Shown here: positions 37,567-49,263 of the stretch, in pieces
Position numbering within the stretch: the stretch's first letter is position 1
Layout of the letters: the number at the start of each line of letters is the position of its first letter
DNA from: Nitrospinales bacterium
GTDB lineage: Bacteria; Nitrospinota; Nitrospinia; Nitrospinales; VA-1
Assembly (NCBI GenBank): GCA_965262115.1
Contig: OZ253496.1
Span: 2,144,001 to 2,208,000 of the forward strand
Direction: 5' to 3'
Length of the DNA: 64,000 bases
Made by a program: the position numbers and the translations under genes
Notes under the pieces: generated by a model
What the model was told of the DNA's origin: nothing
Database searches by the model: none
Seen by the model: only the letters and a program-made list of their open reading frames with translations

Positions 37567-40314
37567 ATGGAAACAATTAAAAAGTGGTTGTTCATTCTGG
37601 TGGCAGTGGTTTTTGCCGGTTCGCTCTTTGCCGATAAAATCCTTTCTTTTTATATTGATTGGTTGTGGTTCGAAAGTCATGGCATCACCTCGGTCTTGTG
37701 GACGGTGGTGATATCGCAGTTCGGGTTTGGGTTGCTGACGGGTGTTGTGTTTTTCCTGCTGACATTCGGATTTTTAAATCATGTGTACAAGAAAACTTCT
37801 CACCTGCCGATTCTTTTGTCAGATCAGGTCCGGCGGGAAGTTCCTTTGCTGGATGTCATGGCCAGCAATTTAAAATTGTTGATTCTGATAATCCCTTTGG
37901 TTTTGGCAGTCATGACCGGACTGGTGATGGCCCAGCAATGGGAAACCCTTTTGCAATACTTGAATGCTTCCCCGTATGGAGAGATTGATCCTATCTATGG
38001 CAAAGACATCTCCTTTTACTTTTTTACCCTGCCCCTCTGGTTGCTGATGAAGTCTTTATTGTGGGAAACCATGATCGTGCTTTCCATTGGCATGGGGCTG
38101 ATCTATTTTTTCAAGCGTTTTATTTATGTCGGGCCGACCGGAGTGGTTCTTCTTCCTGACGCCAGGCGCACTCTTTCGGGGCTTGCTGGTTTGTTTTTTC
38201 TTTTGTTTGCCAGCGAATTTTATCTTCAGCGTTATGAATTGTTGACGGAGGGAAGCAGTTTGATCGCTGGGATCGGATTCTCCGATGACAATGGGAAAAT
38301 CCCTGTCCTCTATATTTTGGTCATTACTTCGTTGATTTCTGCTTTGATTTCATTTATGGGGCTGGTTCGACCTGGTATGAAAAAGGTCATGCTTTCAGGT
38401 GTAGGATTGGCGCTGGTGTTTTTTGTTGCCAACTTGTATCCAAAGATTTTACAGAAATTTGTGGTGGTTCCTAATGAATTGGTCAAGGAAGCCCCTTATA
38501 TCGAGCACACCATTGCCGGCGCGTTGACAGCATATGGGCTTAGTCAGACCGAGACGCATGAGCTTTCCGGTTCTTCGTCTTTGACAGCCGAAAGCATACG
38601 GAAAAACGCGATAACGATCGAAAATATTCGGCTCTGGGATCAGGAACCGCTTCTCGATACCCTGGGTCAGATCCAGGAGATCAGGACTTATTACCAGTTC
38701 CAGTCTGTTGACAATGACCGGTACCACATTAACGGGAATTACCGCCAGACCTTGTTGTCGCCAAGGGAACTGCTTTCCTCCAACCTGCCCAACCGCACAT
38801 GGATCAACGAGCACCTGACCTTCACACATGGGTACGGAGTTGCGCTGAGCCCTGTAAACCAGGTCACTCCGGAAGGGTTGCCGGTGTTGCTCATTAAAGA
38901 TATTCCACCGCAATCGAATATAGATCTGGTGGTGACTCGGCCTGAAATCTATTTTGGAGAACTGGCCAACGATCATGTTTTTGTCAACACCGAAACCAAG
39001 GAGTTTGATTACCCGAAAGGTGAGAAAAATGTATACAAGAATTATGAAGGCAAAGGGGGTTTTGAAGTCGGTTCCTTTTTCCGCAAGCTTGTTCTGGCGG
39101 TCCGGTTCAAAGCTCTTAAAATTATTTTTTCTAATGATATTAATAGTGAAAGTCGGGTTCTGATGTACCGGAATATCACTGACCGGGCGCAGAAAGTGGT
39201 GCCATTTCTTAGGCTGGACGACGACCCTTACCTGGTGATTTCAGAAGGCCGTCTGATCTGGCTTTATGACGCGTATACGGTGAGTGACCATTTTCCTTAT
39301 TCTCCGAAAATTCCCCGGTTTGGTAATTATGTGCGCAACTCTGTAAAAATTTCCATTGATGCTTATGACGGTTCGATGAATTTTTATATCGCCGATCAGG
39401 CGGACCCGGTCATCCGGACGTACCGCAATATTTTTCCCGATCTGTTTAAAGATTTGAGCGAGATGCCGGAAGATTTGCGCAGTCATATTCGTTACCCCTC
39501 CGACCTGTTTATGATTCAGACACATATTTATGCCACTTATCATATGAAGCGGTCGCAGGTTTTCTATAACAAGGAAGACCAATGGGAAATACCGGAAATT
39601 GATGGGCGCATCATGAAGCCTTATTACACCATCATGAAACTGCCGGGCGAGGATCACGAGGAATACATTCTCATGCTTCCATACACGCCCAGAGGAAAGA
39701 GCAATCTGTCAGCCTGGATGGTGGCGCGAAGTGATGGAGAACAGTATGGTAAGCTGGATGTGTATACCTTTCCCAAGCATAAGCTGGTGTTTGGACCCAG
39801 CCAAATGGTGGCCCGGATCAATCAGGATGCGGAGATTTCCCGGCAGATATCATTGTGGGATCAACGAGGATCAAGCGTTATACAAGGAACCCTTCTGGTC
39901 ATTCCCATTGAAGAGTCGCTGGTTTATGTGCGGCCTTTATACCTGAAAGCCGATGCTGGTAAGATCCCCGAGCTCAAGCGCGTCATTGTAGGTTATGAAG
40001 ACAGTATCGCCATGGAACGGACTCTTGATGAAGCGCTGGAGAAAATATTCACTGGCTTTGCCAGTGAGCCTCGCGAAGATTTGGGCCTACGTGTTGCCGA
40101 AGCCGACCCTTCCACTTCGTCGAAACCTGCAAAAGATCAGAAACTGATTTTGAGCAAGAGCGACTATGACAAGATCCGCAGCACTTATCGCCGCATTCTG
40201 GAATCACAGGGAAAACTGGATCAATCACTGGCGCAATATCGCAAAGACCTCAAAGGACTGGGGAAACTTCTGGAAAATAATCGGGCATCGCCACAGGTTA
40301 AAGCCGCTCCTTAA
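37567..40314 (+). CDS. UPF0182-family membrane protein
   Basis: DWLWF, NIRLWD, HLTFTHGYG, NYVRNSVK, DAYDG. Confidence 0.92.
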   Translation: METIKKWLFILVAVVFAGSLFADKILSFYIDWLWFESHGITSVLWTVVISQFGFGLLTGVVFFLLTFGFLNHVYKKTSHLPILLSDQVRREVPLLDVMASNLKLLILIIPLVLAVMTGLVMAQQWETLLQYLNASPYGEIDPIYGKDISFYFFTLPLWLLMKSLLWETMIVLSIGMGLIYFFKRFIYVGPTGVVLLPDARRTLSGLAGLFFLLFASEFYLQRYELLTEGSSLIAGIGFSDDNGKIPVLYILVITSLISALISFMGLVRPGMKKVMLSGVGLALVFFVANLYPKILQKFVVVPNELVKEAPYIEHTIAGALTAYGLSQTETHELSGSSSLTAESIRKNAITIENIRLWDQEPLLDTLGQIQEIRTYYQFQSVDNDRYHINGNYRQTLLSPRELLSSNLPNRTWINEHLTFTHGYGVALSPVNQVTPEGLPVLLIKDIPPQSNIDLVVTRPEIYFGELANDHVFVNTETKEFDYPKGEKNVYKNYEGKGGFEVGSFFRKLVLAVRFKALKIIFSNDINSESRVLMYRNITDRAQKVVPFLRLDDDPYLVISEGRLIWLYDAYTVSDHFPYSPKIPRFGNYVRNSVKISIDAYDGSMNFYIADQADPVIRTYRNIFPDLFKDLSEMPEDLRSHIRYPSDLFMIQTHIYATYHMKRSQVFYNKEDQWEIPEIDGRIMKPYYTIMKLPGEDHEEYILMLPYTPRGKSNLSAWMVARSDGEQYGKLDVYTFPKHKLVFGPSQMVARINQDAEISRQISLWDQRGSSVIQGTLLVIPIEESLVYVRPLYLKADAGKIPELKRVIVGYEDSIAMERTLDEALEKIFTGFASEPREDLGLRVAEADPSTSSKPAKDQKLILSKSDYDKIRSTYRRILESQGKLDQSLAQYRKDLKGLGKLLENNRASPQVKAAP

Positions 40315-40329
40315 ACCCTGACTGATTTA

Positions 40330-41742
40330 TTAGGAATTCTCGTTAGCGAATAAACCCAGCTGATGGGTGACCGGTTTTTTGTCGGGGATCGGGACGGGGT
40401 AATTGCCGTCGAAACAGGCGGAGCAGAATTTTTTCTTGCCATTTTGCAGCACTCCCAGCATTTTTTCCAGGCTGAGGTAGGCCAAAGAATCTGCTGCCAG
40501 ATACTTGCACGTTTCTTCCAGATTGTATTTGTGGGCGATCAACTCTTCCTGGGTGGGCGTGTCAATGCCGTAAAAACAGGAATGCAGGATCGGCGGAGCT
40601 GAAATGCGAAGGTGGACTTCTTTGGCTCCTGCATCCCGGAGCATTTTTACGATCTTACGGCTGGTGGTACCGCGGACGATGGAATCGTCAATGATAGCGA
40701 TGCGTTTGCCAGCGATCATTGATTTTACCGGATTCAGTTTAAGCTTAACGCCAAAATGCCGGATCTGTGATTGCGGTTCAATGAAAGTCCTGCCGATATA
40801 ATGGTTTCGGATGAGACCCATTTCAAAGGGAATGCCGCTTTCTTCGGCGAAACCCATTGCTGACACAACTCCCGAGTCAGGCACGGGAACAACGAGGTCG
40901 ACATCGGCGGGGCTTTCCTGAGCCATAGCCCGGCCCATGTCTTTACGCACGGTGTAGACATGCTCCCCAAAGAGAAAGCTGTCTGGGCGCGCGAAATAAA
41001 TATGTTCAAACACACAATGTTTGGGGTCGACTTTTTTAAACGGAAAAAAGGATTGTAACCCTAGATCGTTGATCAGGATGACTTCGCCTGGCTCAATCTC
41101 GCGGATGAACTCCGCTTCGATAAGATCCATCACACAGGTTTCGGAGGCTACGATGTAAGCGCCATCGAGTTTGCCCAGGCAAAGAGGACGAAATCCGTGT
41201 GGGTCGCGGGCGGCCACCAATTCTGTCTCCGTCATCAGGACCAATGAATAGGCACCGTTGACTTGCCTCAAAGCTTCGGCGGCCCGATCCACGAAAGAAT
41301 CGGCTTTCGATTGTGCCATTAAATGCACGATGACTTCGCTGTCGTTGGTGGATTGGAATATCGCTCCTTGGGCACCCAGTTCTTCACGTATGGTCTCGGC
41401 GTTAACAAGGTTGCCGTTATGAGCCAGGGACAGAGACCCGGCTGAATAGTTGATCATGCAGGGTTGGGCGTTGACCAGTTCGCTTTTCCCTGCTGTGGAA
41501 TAACGGTTATGGCCAATAGCTATAGGGCCCGGTAGTTTCAGGATTCGGGTCGGATCAAAGATGTCAGCGACCAGTCCCATGCCGACTTCAAGACGCATTT
41601 TGGAATGCGTGCTGGCGGCAATGCCGGCGCTCTCCTGGCCCCGGTGTTGCAGTGCGTAGAGTCCGAGATAAACCAGATTGGAGGCTTCAGGATGGCCATA
41701 GACCCCTACAACTCCGCATTCTTCATGTAGCTTATCCAGCAT
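40330..41742 (-). CDS. purF: Amidophosphoribosyltransferase
   Basis: [24 protein letters not shown]. Confidence 0.97.
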   Translation of the reverse strand: MLDKLHEECGVVGVYGHPEASNLVYLGLYALQHRGQESAGIAASTHSKMRLEVGMGLVADIFDPTRILKLPGPIAIGHNRYSTAGKSELVNAQPCMINYSAGSLSLAHNGNLVNAETIREELGAQGAIFQSTNDSEVIVHLMAQSKADSFVDRAAEALRQVNGAYSLVLMTETELVAARDPHGFRPLCLGKLDGAYIVASETCVMDLIEAEFIREIEPGEVILINDLGLQSFFPFKKVDPKHCVFEHIYFARPDSFLFGEHVYTVRKDMGRAMAQESPADVDLVVPVPDSGVVSAMGFAEESGIPFEMGLIRNHYIGRTFIEPQSQIRHFGVKLKLNPVKSMIAGKRIAIIDDSIVRGTTSRKIVKMLRDAGAKEVHLRISAPPILHSCFYGIDTPTQEELIAHKYNLEETCKYLAADSLAYLSLEKMLGVLQNGKKKFCSACFDGNYPVPIPDKKPVTHQLGLFANENS

Positions 41743-43978
41743 AATTCCCCAGTGAAATTTTCCAGATTTCTTTCAAAACCTCAATGTCCTGTTTAACAAC
41801 TTCTTTTCCGTTGACCGTCACCGTGAAATGAGAACCCCCCACTTTGCCAATCAGGGAAAAGTCGACCTGAAATGCCATCGCCAGATCTTCGATCTCGTTA
41901 ATTCGTTCTTCGGGAAAAGAAATAACAATGCGCGACTGGGTTTCCCCGAATAACAAGGTGTCGTTTCTTAATGTAGATTCCAGTGTGAGCGTGGCTCCCA
42001 ACGTCTGGCATCCCGGCGAGAAACAAGATTCAGCCACCGCGACCGTCAGCCCTCCTTCAGAGCAATCATGAGCCGAAGAAATGAGGCCCTTTTGAATCAG
42101 CTCCCGGCAGAAATCCTGTACCTGTTTTTCGTGTTTTCGATCGAGAACGGGGGGCTTCCCCTCACTGCGATCAAACATGACTTTCAGGTATTCGGTTCCT
42201 CCCAATTCCTCCATGGTAAAACCGATGAGAGCGATTTGATCCCCGGATTTTTTAAACCCCTGGGTCATGATCTGTTGCTGATTCTCGATCAGGCCAACAA
42301 CGGCAACGGTCGGGGTTGGGTAAATCGCGTCTCCTTTGGTTTCATTATAGAGGCTGACGTTACCACTGACTACCGGAATATCAAAAAACCTGCAGGCATC
42401 GCCCATGCCTTCCACCGCTTGTTGGAATTGCCACATGATTTCGGGTTTTTCCGGATTGCCAAAATTGAGGCAATTGGTCAGGCCTATTGGTTCGGCGCCG
42501 GAGCACACCACATTACGACAAGCTTCGGCCACGGCGATGGCGGCACCCTCATAGGGGTCGAGATAGCAGTAGCGGCTGTTGCAATCCACCGAAATGGCCA
42601 CCGCTTTATTTGTATCCTTGATGCGCAGGACGGCCGCATCCGAGCCGGGCAAAACCAGCGTATTCAGGCGCACCATGTGGTCGTATTGTTCGTAGACCCA
42701 TTCCTTGCTGGCGATATTGGGGCAGGCCAGAAGTTTTTTCAAAGCCCTGTCTCCGTGTGAAAAGTCGGGAAACTCGGTCAGGCTTATATGCACCACCTCA
42801 TCAAGATATTGAGGACGTCTTGTTTCCCGCTTCAGATCCAGAGCGCCATCCACAACCGGAAAGATCGGCAGGTTCACCACTTCATGGCCTTCAAACTGGA
42901 TGCGCACACTGGATTCCTCGATCACTTCGCCGATGATGGCTGCGTCCAGTCCCCATTTGTCGAGAATGGCAAGAGCCTCTTTTTCATGGCCGGGTTTGAT
43001 CACGAATAGCATACGTTCCTGCGACTCGGAAAGCAGAATCTCGTAGGGGATCATGCCTTCTTCTCTTAAGGGAACTTTTGACAGATCCATAGACACCCCG
43101 GTTTCGGCCCGGTGCGCCATTTCAAACGAAGACGAAGTGAGCCCCGCGGCCCCCATATCCTGCACACCCACCACCCAATCGCACTCAAACAATTCCAGGC
43201 AGGCTTCGATCAGCAGTTTTTCGGTAAACGGGTCCCCCACCTGCACGGTTGGGCGCTTGTCTTCCGTCGTTTCATCAAACTCGGAAGAAGCCAGGAGGCT
43301 CGCGCCATGAATTCCGTCGCGTCCGGTTTTTGAACCGACATAAAGAATCTGGTTGCCCACTCCGCCAGCTCCAGCCAGGAAGATTCGATCTGATTTAACC
43401 AATCCCAGACAGAACGCGTTGACCAGAATGTTGCCGTTGTAACAGGCATCAAAATAAATTTCCCCGCCGACAGTGGGAACGCCGGTACAGTTTCCATAAC
43501 TGGAGATGCCATCGACCACACCATTGAGCAGGAACCGGGTGCGCGGTTCTTCCAGTTCGCCGAACCGCAATGAATTCATCAAGGCAATCGGCCGTGCCCC
43601 CATAGTGAAAATATCCCGCATTATGCCACCGACACCGGTTGCCGCGCCCTGATGGGGTTCGATAAAGGAGGGGTGGTTGTGACTTTCAATTTTGAATGCA
43701 ACCGCCAGACCGTCGCCAATATCTATGACTCCCGCATTTTCCCCCGGGCCTTGCAGCACCCTGGGGCTTTCGACCGGTAGTTTCCTCAAATAAGGCCGGG
43801 AACTTTTATAACTGCAATGCTCGCTCCACATGACGGAAAAAATACCCAACTCCGTCAGGTTCGGAGTGCGGCCGATCAGGTCGAGGATGCGTCGGAACTC
43901 TTCCACAGTCAAACCGTGTTCCTTAACAATCTCGGGGGTGATCTCGGGGCCTGGGCGGATTTTTTTTGGTTTGTCCAC
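41732..43978 (-). CDS. purL: Phosphoribosylformylglycinamidine synthase subunit PurL
   Basis: [27 protein letters not shown]; start (GTG 43978) approximate. Confidence 0.97.
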   Translation of the reverse strand: MDKPKKIRPGPEITPEIVKEHGLTVEEFRRILDLIGRTPNLTELGIFSVMWSEHCSYKSSRPYLRKLPVESPRVLQGPGENAGVIDIGDGLAVAFKIESHNHPSFIEPHQGAATGVGGIMRDIFTMGARPIALMNSLRFGELEEPRTRFLLNGVVDGISSYGNCTGVPTVGGEIYFDACYNGNILVNAFCLGLVKSDRIFLAGAGGVGNQILYVGSKTGRDGIHGASLLASSEFDETTEDKRPTVQVGDPFTEKLLIEACLELFECDWVVGVQDMGAAGLTSSSFEMAHRAETGVSMDLSKVPLREEGMIPYEILLSESQERMLFVIKPGHEKEALAILDKWGLDAAIIGEVIEESSVRIQFEGHEVVNLPIFPVVDGALDLKRETRRPQYLDEVVHISLTEFPDFSHGDRALKKLLACPNIASKEWVYEQYDHMVRLNTLVLPGSDAAVLRIKDTNKAVAISVDCNSRYCYLDPYEGAAIAVAEACRNVVCSGAEPIGLTNCLNFGNPEKPEIMWQFQQAVEGMGDACRFFDIPVVSGNVSLYNETKGDAIYPTPTVAVVGLIENQQQIMTQGFKKSGDQIALIGFTMEELGGTEYLKVMFDRSEGKPPVLDRKHEKQVQDFCRELIQKGLISSAHDCSEGGLTVAVAESCFSPGCQTLGATLTLESTLRNDTLLFGETQSRIVISFPEERINEIEDLAMAFQVDFSLIGKVGGSHFTVTVNGKEVVKQDIEVLKEIWKISLGNYAG

Positions 43979-43982
43979 AGCG

Positions 43983-44672
43983 TTAGGAATTTGAAATAAG
44001 GGATTGAAAAATGATCTGGCCATCTGTTCCCGCTAACTCAGGATCAGCACAACGTTCCGGATGTGGCATCAGTCCCATCACGTTTTTTTGCTCATTGGCC
44101 ACACCCGCCACAGAACCTACAGAGCCGTTGGGGTTGGACTCAGCGGAAACATTTCCCGACGTGTCGCAATAGCGGAAAAGGATTTGCCCGTTTTCTTCCA
44201 GGTGATTCAAGGAAAAAGGATCGATATAGTAGCTGCCCTGATGGTGGGCGATGGGAATTTCCAGTACCTGGTTTTTCCCACATTGCTGGGTGAAGGGGGT
44301 GTCCGTATTTTCAATACGGACGGACACATTTTTGCAAATGAATTTCCGCGACTGGTTCTGGATCAACGTCCCAGGCAGCAGGTTGCATTCCAAAAGAATC
44401 TGGAATCCGTTGCAGATACCCAGTACCTTGCCTCCGCTTTCGGCAAAACGGATGATGGAATTCATGATCGGAGAAAAACGGGCAATGGCTCCGGCCCGAA
44501 GGTAATCCCCATACGAGAAGCCGCCCGGTAGAACCACCAAATCGAAAGACTCCAGATTGGCTTCCTCTTTATGCCACAGCCAGTGGGTCTCCTGATTCAG
44601 GATATGTTTGAGGATATGGTAACAATCGTGGTCACAATTGGACCCCGGGAATACGACAATGCCACACTTCAT
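43983..44672 (-). CDS. purQ: FGAM synthase glutaminase subunit
   Basis: [30 protein letters not shown]. Confidence 0.97.
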   Translation of the reverse strand: MKCGIVVFPGSNCDHDCYHILKHILNQETHWLWHKEEANLESFDLVVLPGGFSYGDYLRAGAIARFSPIMNSIIRFAESGGKVLGICNGFQILLECNLLPGTLIQNQSRKFICKNVSVRIENTDTPFTQQCGKNQVLEIPIAHHQGSYYIDPFSLNHLEENGQILFRYCDTSGNVSAESNPNGSVGSVAGVANEQKNVMGLMPHPERCADPELAGTDGQIIFQSLISNS

Positions 44673-44702
44673 TTTAGGCCGGTTTCGATTCGTTTTGGAG
44701 TG

Positions 44703-44951
44703 TTATTCAGTGGGAACAAGGGTGAAACGGAAGGATTCAATCACCGTATTGGCCAGGAGCTGTTCGCACATTTCCCGGACCCGTATCTCGGCTTCCTCCT
44801 CCGATGCAGAATCAAGTTTGATTTCCAGATATTTGCCGATATTGACATCCAGCACTTCGTCATAACCCAAATCGTTCAACGCGTGGTGGACGGTTTTTCC
44901 CTGTGGATCAAGAACACCTTCCTTGAATGTCACGTGTATTTGAGCAAGCAT
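44703..44951 (-). CDS. purS: FGAM synthase subunit PurS
   Basis: VLDPQG, LLANTVIE. Confidence 0.95.
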   Translation of the reverse strand: MLAQIHVTFKEGVLDPQGKTVHHALNDLGYDEVLDVNIGKYLEIKLDSASEEEAEIRVREMCEQLLANTVIESFRFTLVPTE

Positions 44952-45186
44952 TTTTTCAACCTTAGCACAGAAGTTTATTCAATTCAGCAGGCTTTGTAAC
45001 AGGAAAACGCCGAAAGCCAAAGACCAATTTTTGACCGACCTGAAATATTATGTTAAACAAGGAGTTAGGAAGTTCGGCCCGAAGGGTTTTCTTGCCAAAG
45101 TTTCTATTCCGCAATGACGTAGCCCAAAACCTGCTTGTACCGGGATACCGGTGACCCTTAATGCAAAACATTTTTTCGGAAGAACT

Positions 45187-47247
45187 ATGGAAAATAAATG
45201 GAACGATTCAGAGGCCAAGGCGGCTATTGAAAAATATAAGGATGTCTCAGAAGATGTTGCGCTTCGTGTTTACACTTCGCGATTGATAGGCGCAGATCCC
45301 TCGCTAGTTCTCCACGGTGGAGGCAACACCTCGGTCAAGTCGTGCACCCGGAACAAGGTGAACGAAGAGGTGGATGTGCTTTATGTGAAAGGCAGTGGAT
45401 GGGATCTCGATACACTGGAGCCCCCGGGCCTTCCAGGAGTCCTGCTCGATCATCTGCAGAAACTGAGAGGCCTCGACCAGTTGAGCGATGAGGATATGGT
45501 CAATGAACAGAGAACACACCTGTTGGACGCGTCCTCTCCCAACCCCTCGGTGGAAACGCTTTTGCACGCATTCTTACAGCATAAGTTCATTGACCATTCG
45601 CATGCGGATGCCAGTTTGATCATTGCCAACCAGCCGGACGCAGAGAAAATCTGCAAGGAGATCTATGGAGACAGGATCGCTATCGTCTCATACATCATGC
45701 CTGGTTTTGCGCTAGCTAAAGCTTCTGCCGAAGTGTATGAAAAAAATCCGCAGGTGGAAGGACTCCTGCTGATCAATCACGGGCTGTTCACCTTCGGGGA
45801 TACGGCGAAAGAAAGTTACGACCGCCATATTCATGCGGTGACTCTTCTGGAAGAATATATCGGGAAGAGTACGCTAAAATCCCTCACTCCTCTCAAAGGT
45901 CCTGCCCTGAAAGCTGGGGAGGAAACCTTAATGAATGCGCTGGCGCCTGTGCTTCGTGGGCTCTATAAAGAGCAGTCCAGTAAGGACTGGGTTCTCCATC
46001 ACCGTGCCGATGCCGGGGCAAAAGCGTTTGCTTCCAGTAAAGAGTGTCAGGTCTGGTCCCAGATCGGCACCGCCACTCCGGATCATGTGATCCGCACCAA
46101 ACAAAAACCCCTGCTTCTGAATCTGCAACAATGGCAGGATCCGGACAGGTTACGGGAGGAAGTCCTCCAGACCCTGAACGCTTATTGTGAAAGTTATCAC
46201 CAATATTTTGAAACCAACAAGTCTGCCAAGAAGGTGGATAAAACTGAACTGGACCGATTGCCCCGAGTTTTTCTGGTGGCCGGATTGGGGTTGGTGACGA
46301 TTGGTAAAAGGGTCAAAGAGACCATGATCTCAGCCGATATTTATCAGCACACTATTGATATCGTCCACAAATCTTTTTCGGTGGGCAAGTATGAACCGCT
46401 CGATTCCAGCGACTTGTTTGATATGGAGTACTGGTCTTTAGAGCAAGCCAAGCTAGGCAAAAGCAAAGCTCCGATCCTGCAGGGCAAAGTGGCCTACATC
46501 ACCGGTGCCGCTTCCGGCATCGGTCTGGCTACTGCCAAACTGTTTGCCGAGCAGGGAGCCAATCTTTTTCTTGTCGATGTGACGGAAGACAAATTGAACG
46601 AGTCGGCGGAGGCAATACGCAAAAAGTCCAAGGTCGGCGTTACCAGCTGGGTTTTGGATGTGACCGATGAGTCGGCCGTGTGCCAGTCGTTTGAACAACT
46701 CCTGCAGACCTTTGGCGGTATTGATATCCTGATCTCCAATGCTGGCAATGCTTTGCAGGGTGCGATTGGTGAGATGGATATGAAAGATTTGCGTGCCAGT
46801 TTCGAATTGAACTTTTTTGCTCACCAGGCACTGGCCTCTGAAGCTTTGCGGTTGTTTCTGATTCAAAAAACCGGAGGTGTTTTGTTGTTCAACGCATCCA
46901 AGGCGGCGTTCAATCCGGGAAAACATTTTGGTCCTTATGCGCTTCCCAAGGCGGCGGTGGTGGCGCTCACCAAACAGTATGCGCTGGACTACGGGTCTTA
47001 CGGCATCCGCTCCAACGCCATCAATGCTGACCGCATTCGCACGGCCCTGTTTTCTGAAGACGTGCTGAAAGAAAGGGCTGCAGCGCGCGGACTTTCGCCC
47101 GACGACTATTTCAAAAACAACCTTCTGCAACAGGAAGTCTATGACACCGATGTGGCGCAGGGATTCCTAAACCTGACGTTGGCAGAAAAAACAACGGCAA
47201 GCATCCTCACTATCGATGGCGGCAACATCGCCGCCAGTCCCCGCTAA
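45187..47247 (+). CDS. Bifunctional class II aldolase / short-chain dehydrogenase
   Basis: GGGNTSVK, PSVETLLH, HSHAD, TPDH; SDR motifs TGAASGIG, NAG, YALPK. Confidence 0.9.
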   Translation: MENKWNDSEAKAAIEKYKDVSEDVALRVYTSRLIGADPSLVLHGGGNTSVKSCTRNKVNEEVDVLYVKGSGWDLDTLEPPGLPGVLLDHLQKLRGLDQLSDEDMVNEQRTHLLDASSPNPSVETLLHAFLQHKFIDHSHADASLIIANQPDAEKICKEIYGDRIAIVSYIMPGFALAKASAEVYEKNPQVEGLLLINHGLFTFGDTAKESYDRHIHAVTLLEEYIGKSTLKSLTPLKGPALKAGEETLMNALAPVLRGLYKEQSSKDWVLHHRADAGAKAFASSKECQVWSQIGTATPDHVIRTKQKPLLLNLQQWQDPDRLREEVLQTLNAYCESYHQYFETNKSAKKVDKTELDRLPRVFLVAGLGLVTIGKRVKETMISADIYQHTIDIVHKSFSVGKYEPLDSSDLFDMEYWSLEQAKLGKSKAPILQGKVAYITGAASGIGLATAKLFAEQGANLFLVDVTEDKLNESAEAIRKKSKVGVTSWVLDVTDESAVCQSFEQLLQTFGGIDILISNAGNALQGAIGEMDMKDLRASFELNFFAHQALASEALRLFLIQKTGGVLLFNASKAAFNPGKHFGPYALPKAAVVALTKQYALDYGSYGIRSNAINADRIRTALFSEDVLKERAAARGLSPDDYFKNNLLQQEVYDTDVAQGFLNLTLAEKTTASILTIDGGNIAASPR

Positions 47248-47332
47248 CCCCTTAGCAGGGGAAGCAGAGGGCAATAACTTTTGCTGGCCGACAAAGAGTT
47301 GTCTCGGCTTGATGAGGTTTTTTCACCCTCTT
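47248..47332. repeat. Mosaic repeat copy
   Basis: CAAAGAGTTGTCTCGGCTTGATGAGGTTTT is nearly the reverse complement of 20420-20449. Confidence 0.8.
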
Positions 47333-47400
47333 CCTCAAAGAGAGTGGAGGTGATTCACCTTCAGGTGTTAGTTAGAGCACGCTGACCCTATGCCTGGTGG

Positions 47401-48132
47401 TTAGTAGTCGGTGATTTCTCCACCGGGAATTCTTCGGGGTTGTTTTCCATACTCAAGAGGATGATCTGTTCCGGGCAGGATGGTGCCGTCCGGTGAGTAA
47501 GGTCCGATTTTGCTCCAGGTTCCCGCCTGTTGCTCGGCAACATATTCCATTTCCAGAATCGCCTTGGGGTTTTTGTAGCCATATTTGGAGGGAGCGATCA
47601 ACCGCAGAGGGAACCCGTGCGCATCGGAAAGGGGTTTGCCGTTCATGGTGTGCACCAGCAGAACCCGATCCCGATTTAACGCCTCAAGCGACAGGTATTC
47701 CTTGTATTCGCCACCGCAATGGAACAGCACTCCTCGGGCCGACGCATGGGGCTGAACGATTCGTTTGAGTTCTTTTATCGAGAACCCGCTCCATTGGGCA
47801 CGGGCCGACCAGCACTCCACACATTTGAGCCGGGAAGATTGCGACCTGGTGGGTAGGTTCCACAATTCGTTGAACGTAAAGGTTTTTGGAACTTCGCACA
47901 AACCGCTTATCTTCAACCTCCAGGTTTCGGCGTTGATGCGACGCATCGGTTTCCAGAAATTGATATAGAAAGAGCGGTGTTTGCCTGCCCGGGTTTTGCC
48001 AACAAAATCGGTACCCGAGAATGAATCGGCGGCTTTTGCGGGATGGCGAAACCCGTCCCACAAAAGCAGAGCCGCTGTCCAGAGTCCACTTTGCAGAAAA
48101 AGCCGACGTGTTAATTTTGCGATTTGGCGCAT
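47401..48132 (-). CDS. Tat-exported molybdopterin oxidoreductase (sulfite oxidase/MsrP-like)
   Basis: TRRLFL, KCVECW, HGFPLRLIAP.KYGYK. Confidence 0.88.
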   Translation of the reverse strand: MRQIAKLTRRLFLQSGLWTAALLLWDGFRHPAKAADSFSGTDFVGKTRAGKHRSFYINFWKPMRRINAETWRLKISGLCEVPKTFTFNELWNLPTRSQSSRLKCVECWSARAQWSGFSIKELKRIVQPHASARGVLFHCGGEYKEYLSLEALNRDRVLLVHTMNGKPLSDAHGFPLRLIAPSKYGYKNPKAILEMEYVAEQQAGTWSKIGPYSPDGTILPGTDHPLEYGKQPRRIPGGEITDY

Positions 48133-48761
48133 CGGAATCCTAGAAAAATCAATCGCTCGGAAGGCGCGATCAGATTGCGGTCAAAAGTTTTGCCGTATTC
48201 GTAATCCAGATGATGGTTCCATAGTCCGCCACGGGCAACTTTTTTTCCATTTTCAGAACTGGCAGTCCATTCCCAGACCGAACCTGCCATGTCGCGGACT
48301 CCGTATGGGGAGTTATCCTTTTTATTGAGTCCGACCCGGCGTTTGATGATTCCCAAATAAAACGGATGCGGTTTTTTTCGCAGCGGTTTGTTCCCCCAAG
48401 GATAGAGACGGGCATCGGCGCCCCGGGCTGACTTTTCCCATTCTTCTTCCGTGGGCAGGCGTTTGCCCGCTTGTTCACAATAGGCTTTAGCCTGATGCCA
48501 GGTTATGCTGGTGACGGGGTGGGCCCCCGCGCCTTTCCAGAAAAAAATTTCCGGAAACAACCGGGCAAACTCTTCGTTGGTCACCTCAAATTGGTCAATA
48601 GAAAACGCCTCAAGCAGTATGGTCCTTTGAGGAAGGGCATAGCCGTCCGTATTGTCTCCCATGACAAATTTCCCAGATGGGATTTCCATCATTTCAGAAG
48701 AAAAAGAGTATTCTGCCTCTGGCGCAAGTATCAGGAATGCTAATAGGGCGGACGTTTTCAT
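48111..48761 (-). CDS. FGE/SUMF1-domain protein
   Basis: RLPTEEEWEKSARG, MAGSVWEW, GFRCA. Confidence 0.87.
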   Translation of the reverse strand: MKTSALLAFLILAPEAEYSFSSEMMEIPSGKFVMGDNTDGYALPQRTILLEAFSIDQFEVTNEEFARLFPEIFFWKGAGAHPVTSITWHQAKAYCEQAGKRLPTEEEWEKSARGADARLYPWGNKPLRKKPHPFYLGIIKRRVGLNKKDNSPYGVRDMAGSVWEWTASSENGKKVARGGLWNHHLDYEYGKTFDRNLIAPSERLIFLGFRCAKSQN

Positions 48762-48786
48762 AAAGCTATTATAAATCGAATGATAA

Positions 48787-49250
48787 GGGTCTGGGGAACA
48801 TCAGATAGGATTATTTCTTAATTTTTTGAAAAAAATAGCATATAAATCATCATCACGGTGGCTAAACCTGTATTGGCATTTCTTGAGGTGCAGGTAGAAA
48901 GTTATCTCGGCAATCCCGTTGAATTGGGCCAACCGTCTTTTGGCAAATGACCAAAAGCTTTCGATGCCATTGACGTGACATTTTCCCTGCGCAAATTCAT
49001 TTTTAGAGTGGAAGACCCTGTAGTGATCGTATCCATTTAAAATAAGGCTGTCATAAGCTTTCCATTGATGATACTGCCTTCGAGGATTTTCCCTTTATGA
49101 CAGGCATTAAGCTCTCTTTCGGGCAGTTTTTCACAATCTCAACATAAACCTTTCCGTCTCTTTTCAGGAGCCCAAAGACAGGTGTTTTTCCTGCGGTGCC
49201 CCGGGGCCGCGCCTACCTCGTACACGACGAGGTCCAAAGATAACCATATC
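48787..49250 (-). mobile_element. IS1595-family (ISXO2-like) transposase remnant, frameshifted
   Basis: Minus-strand fragments FGPRRVRGRRG and HVNGIESFWSFAKRRLAQFNG..FYLHLK; ends approximate. Confidence 0.8.
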
Positions 49251-49263
49251 CAGTGTTGCCCGG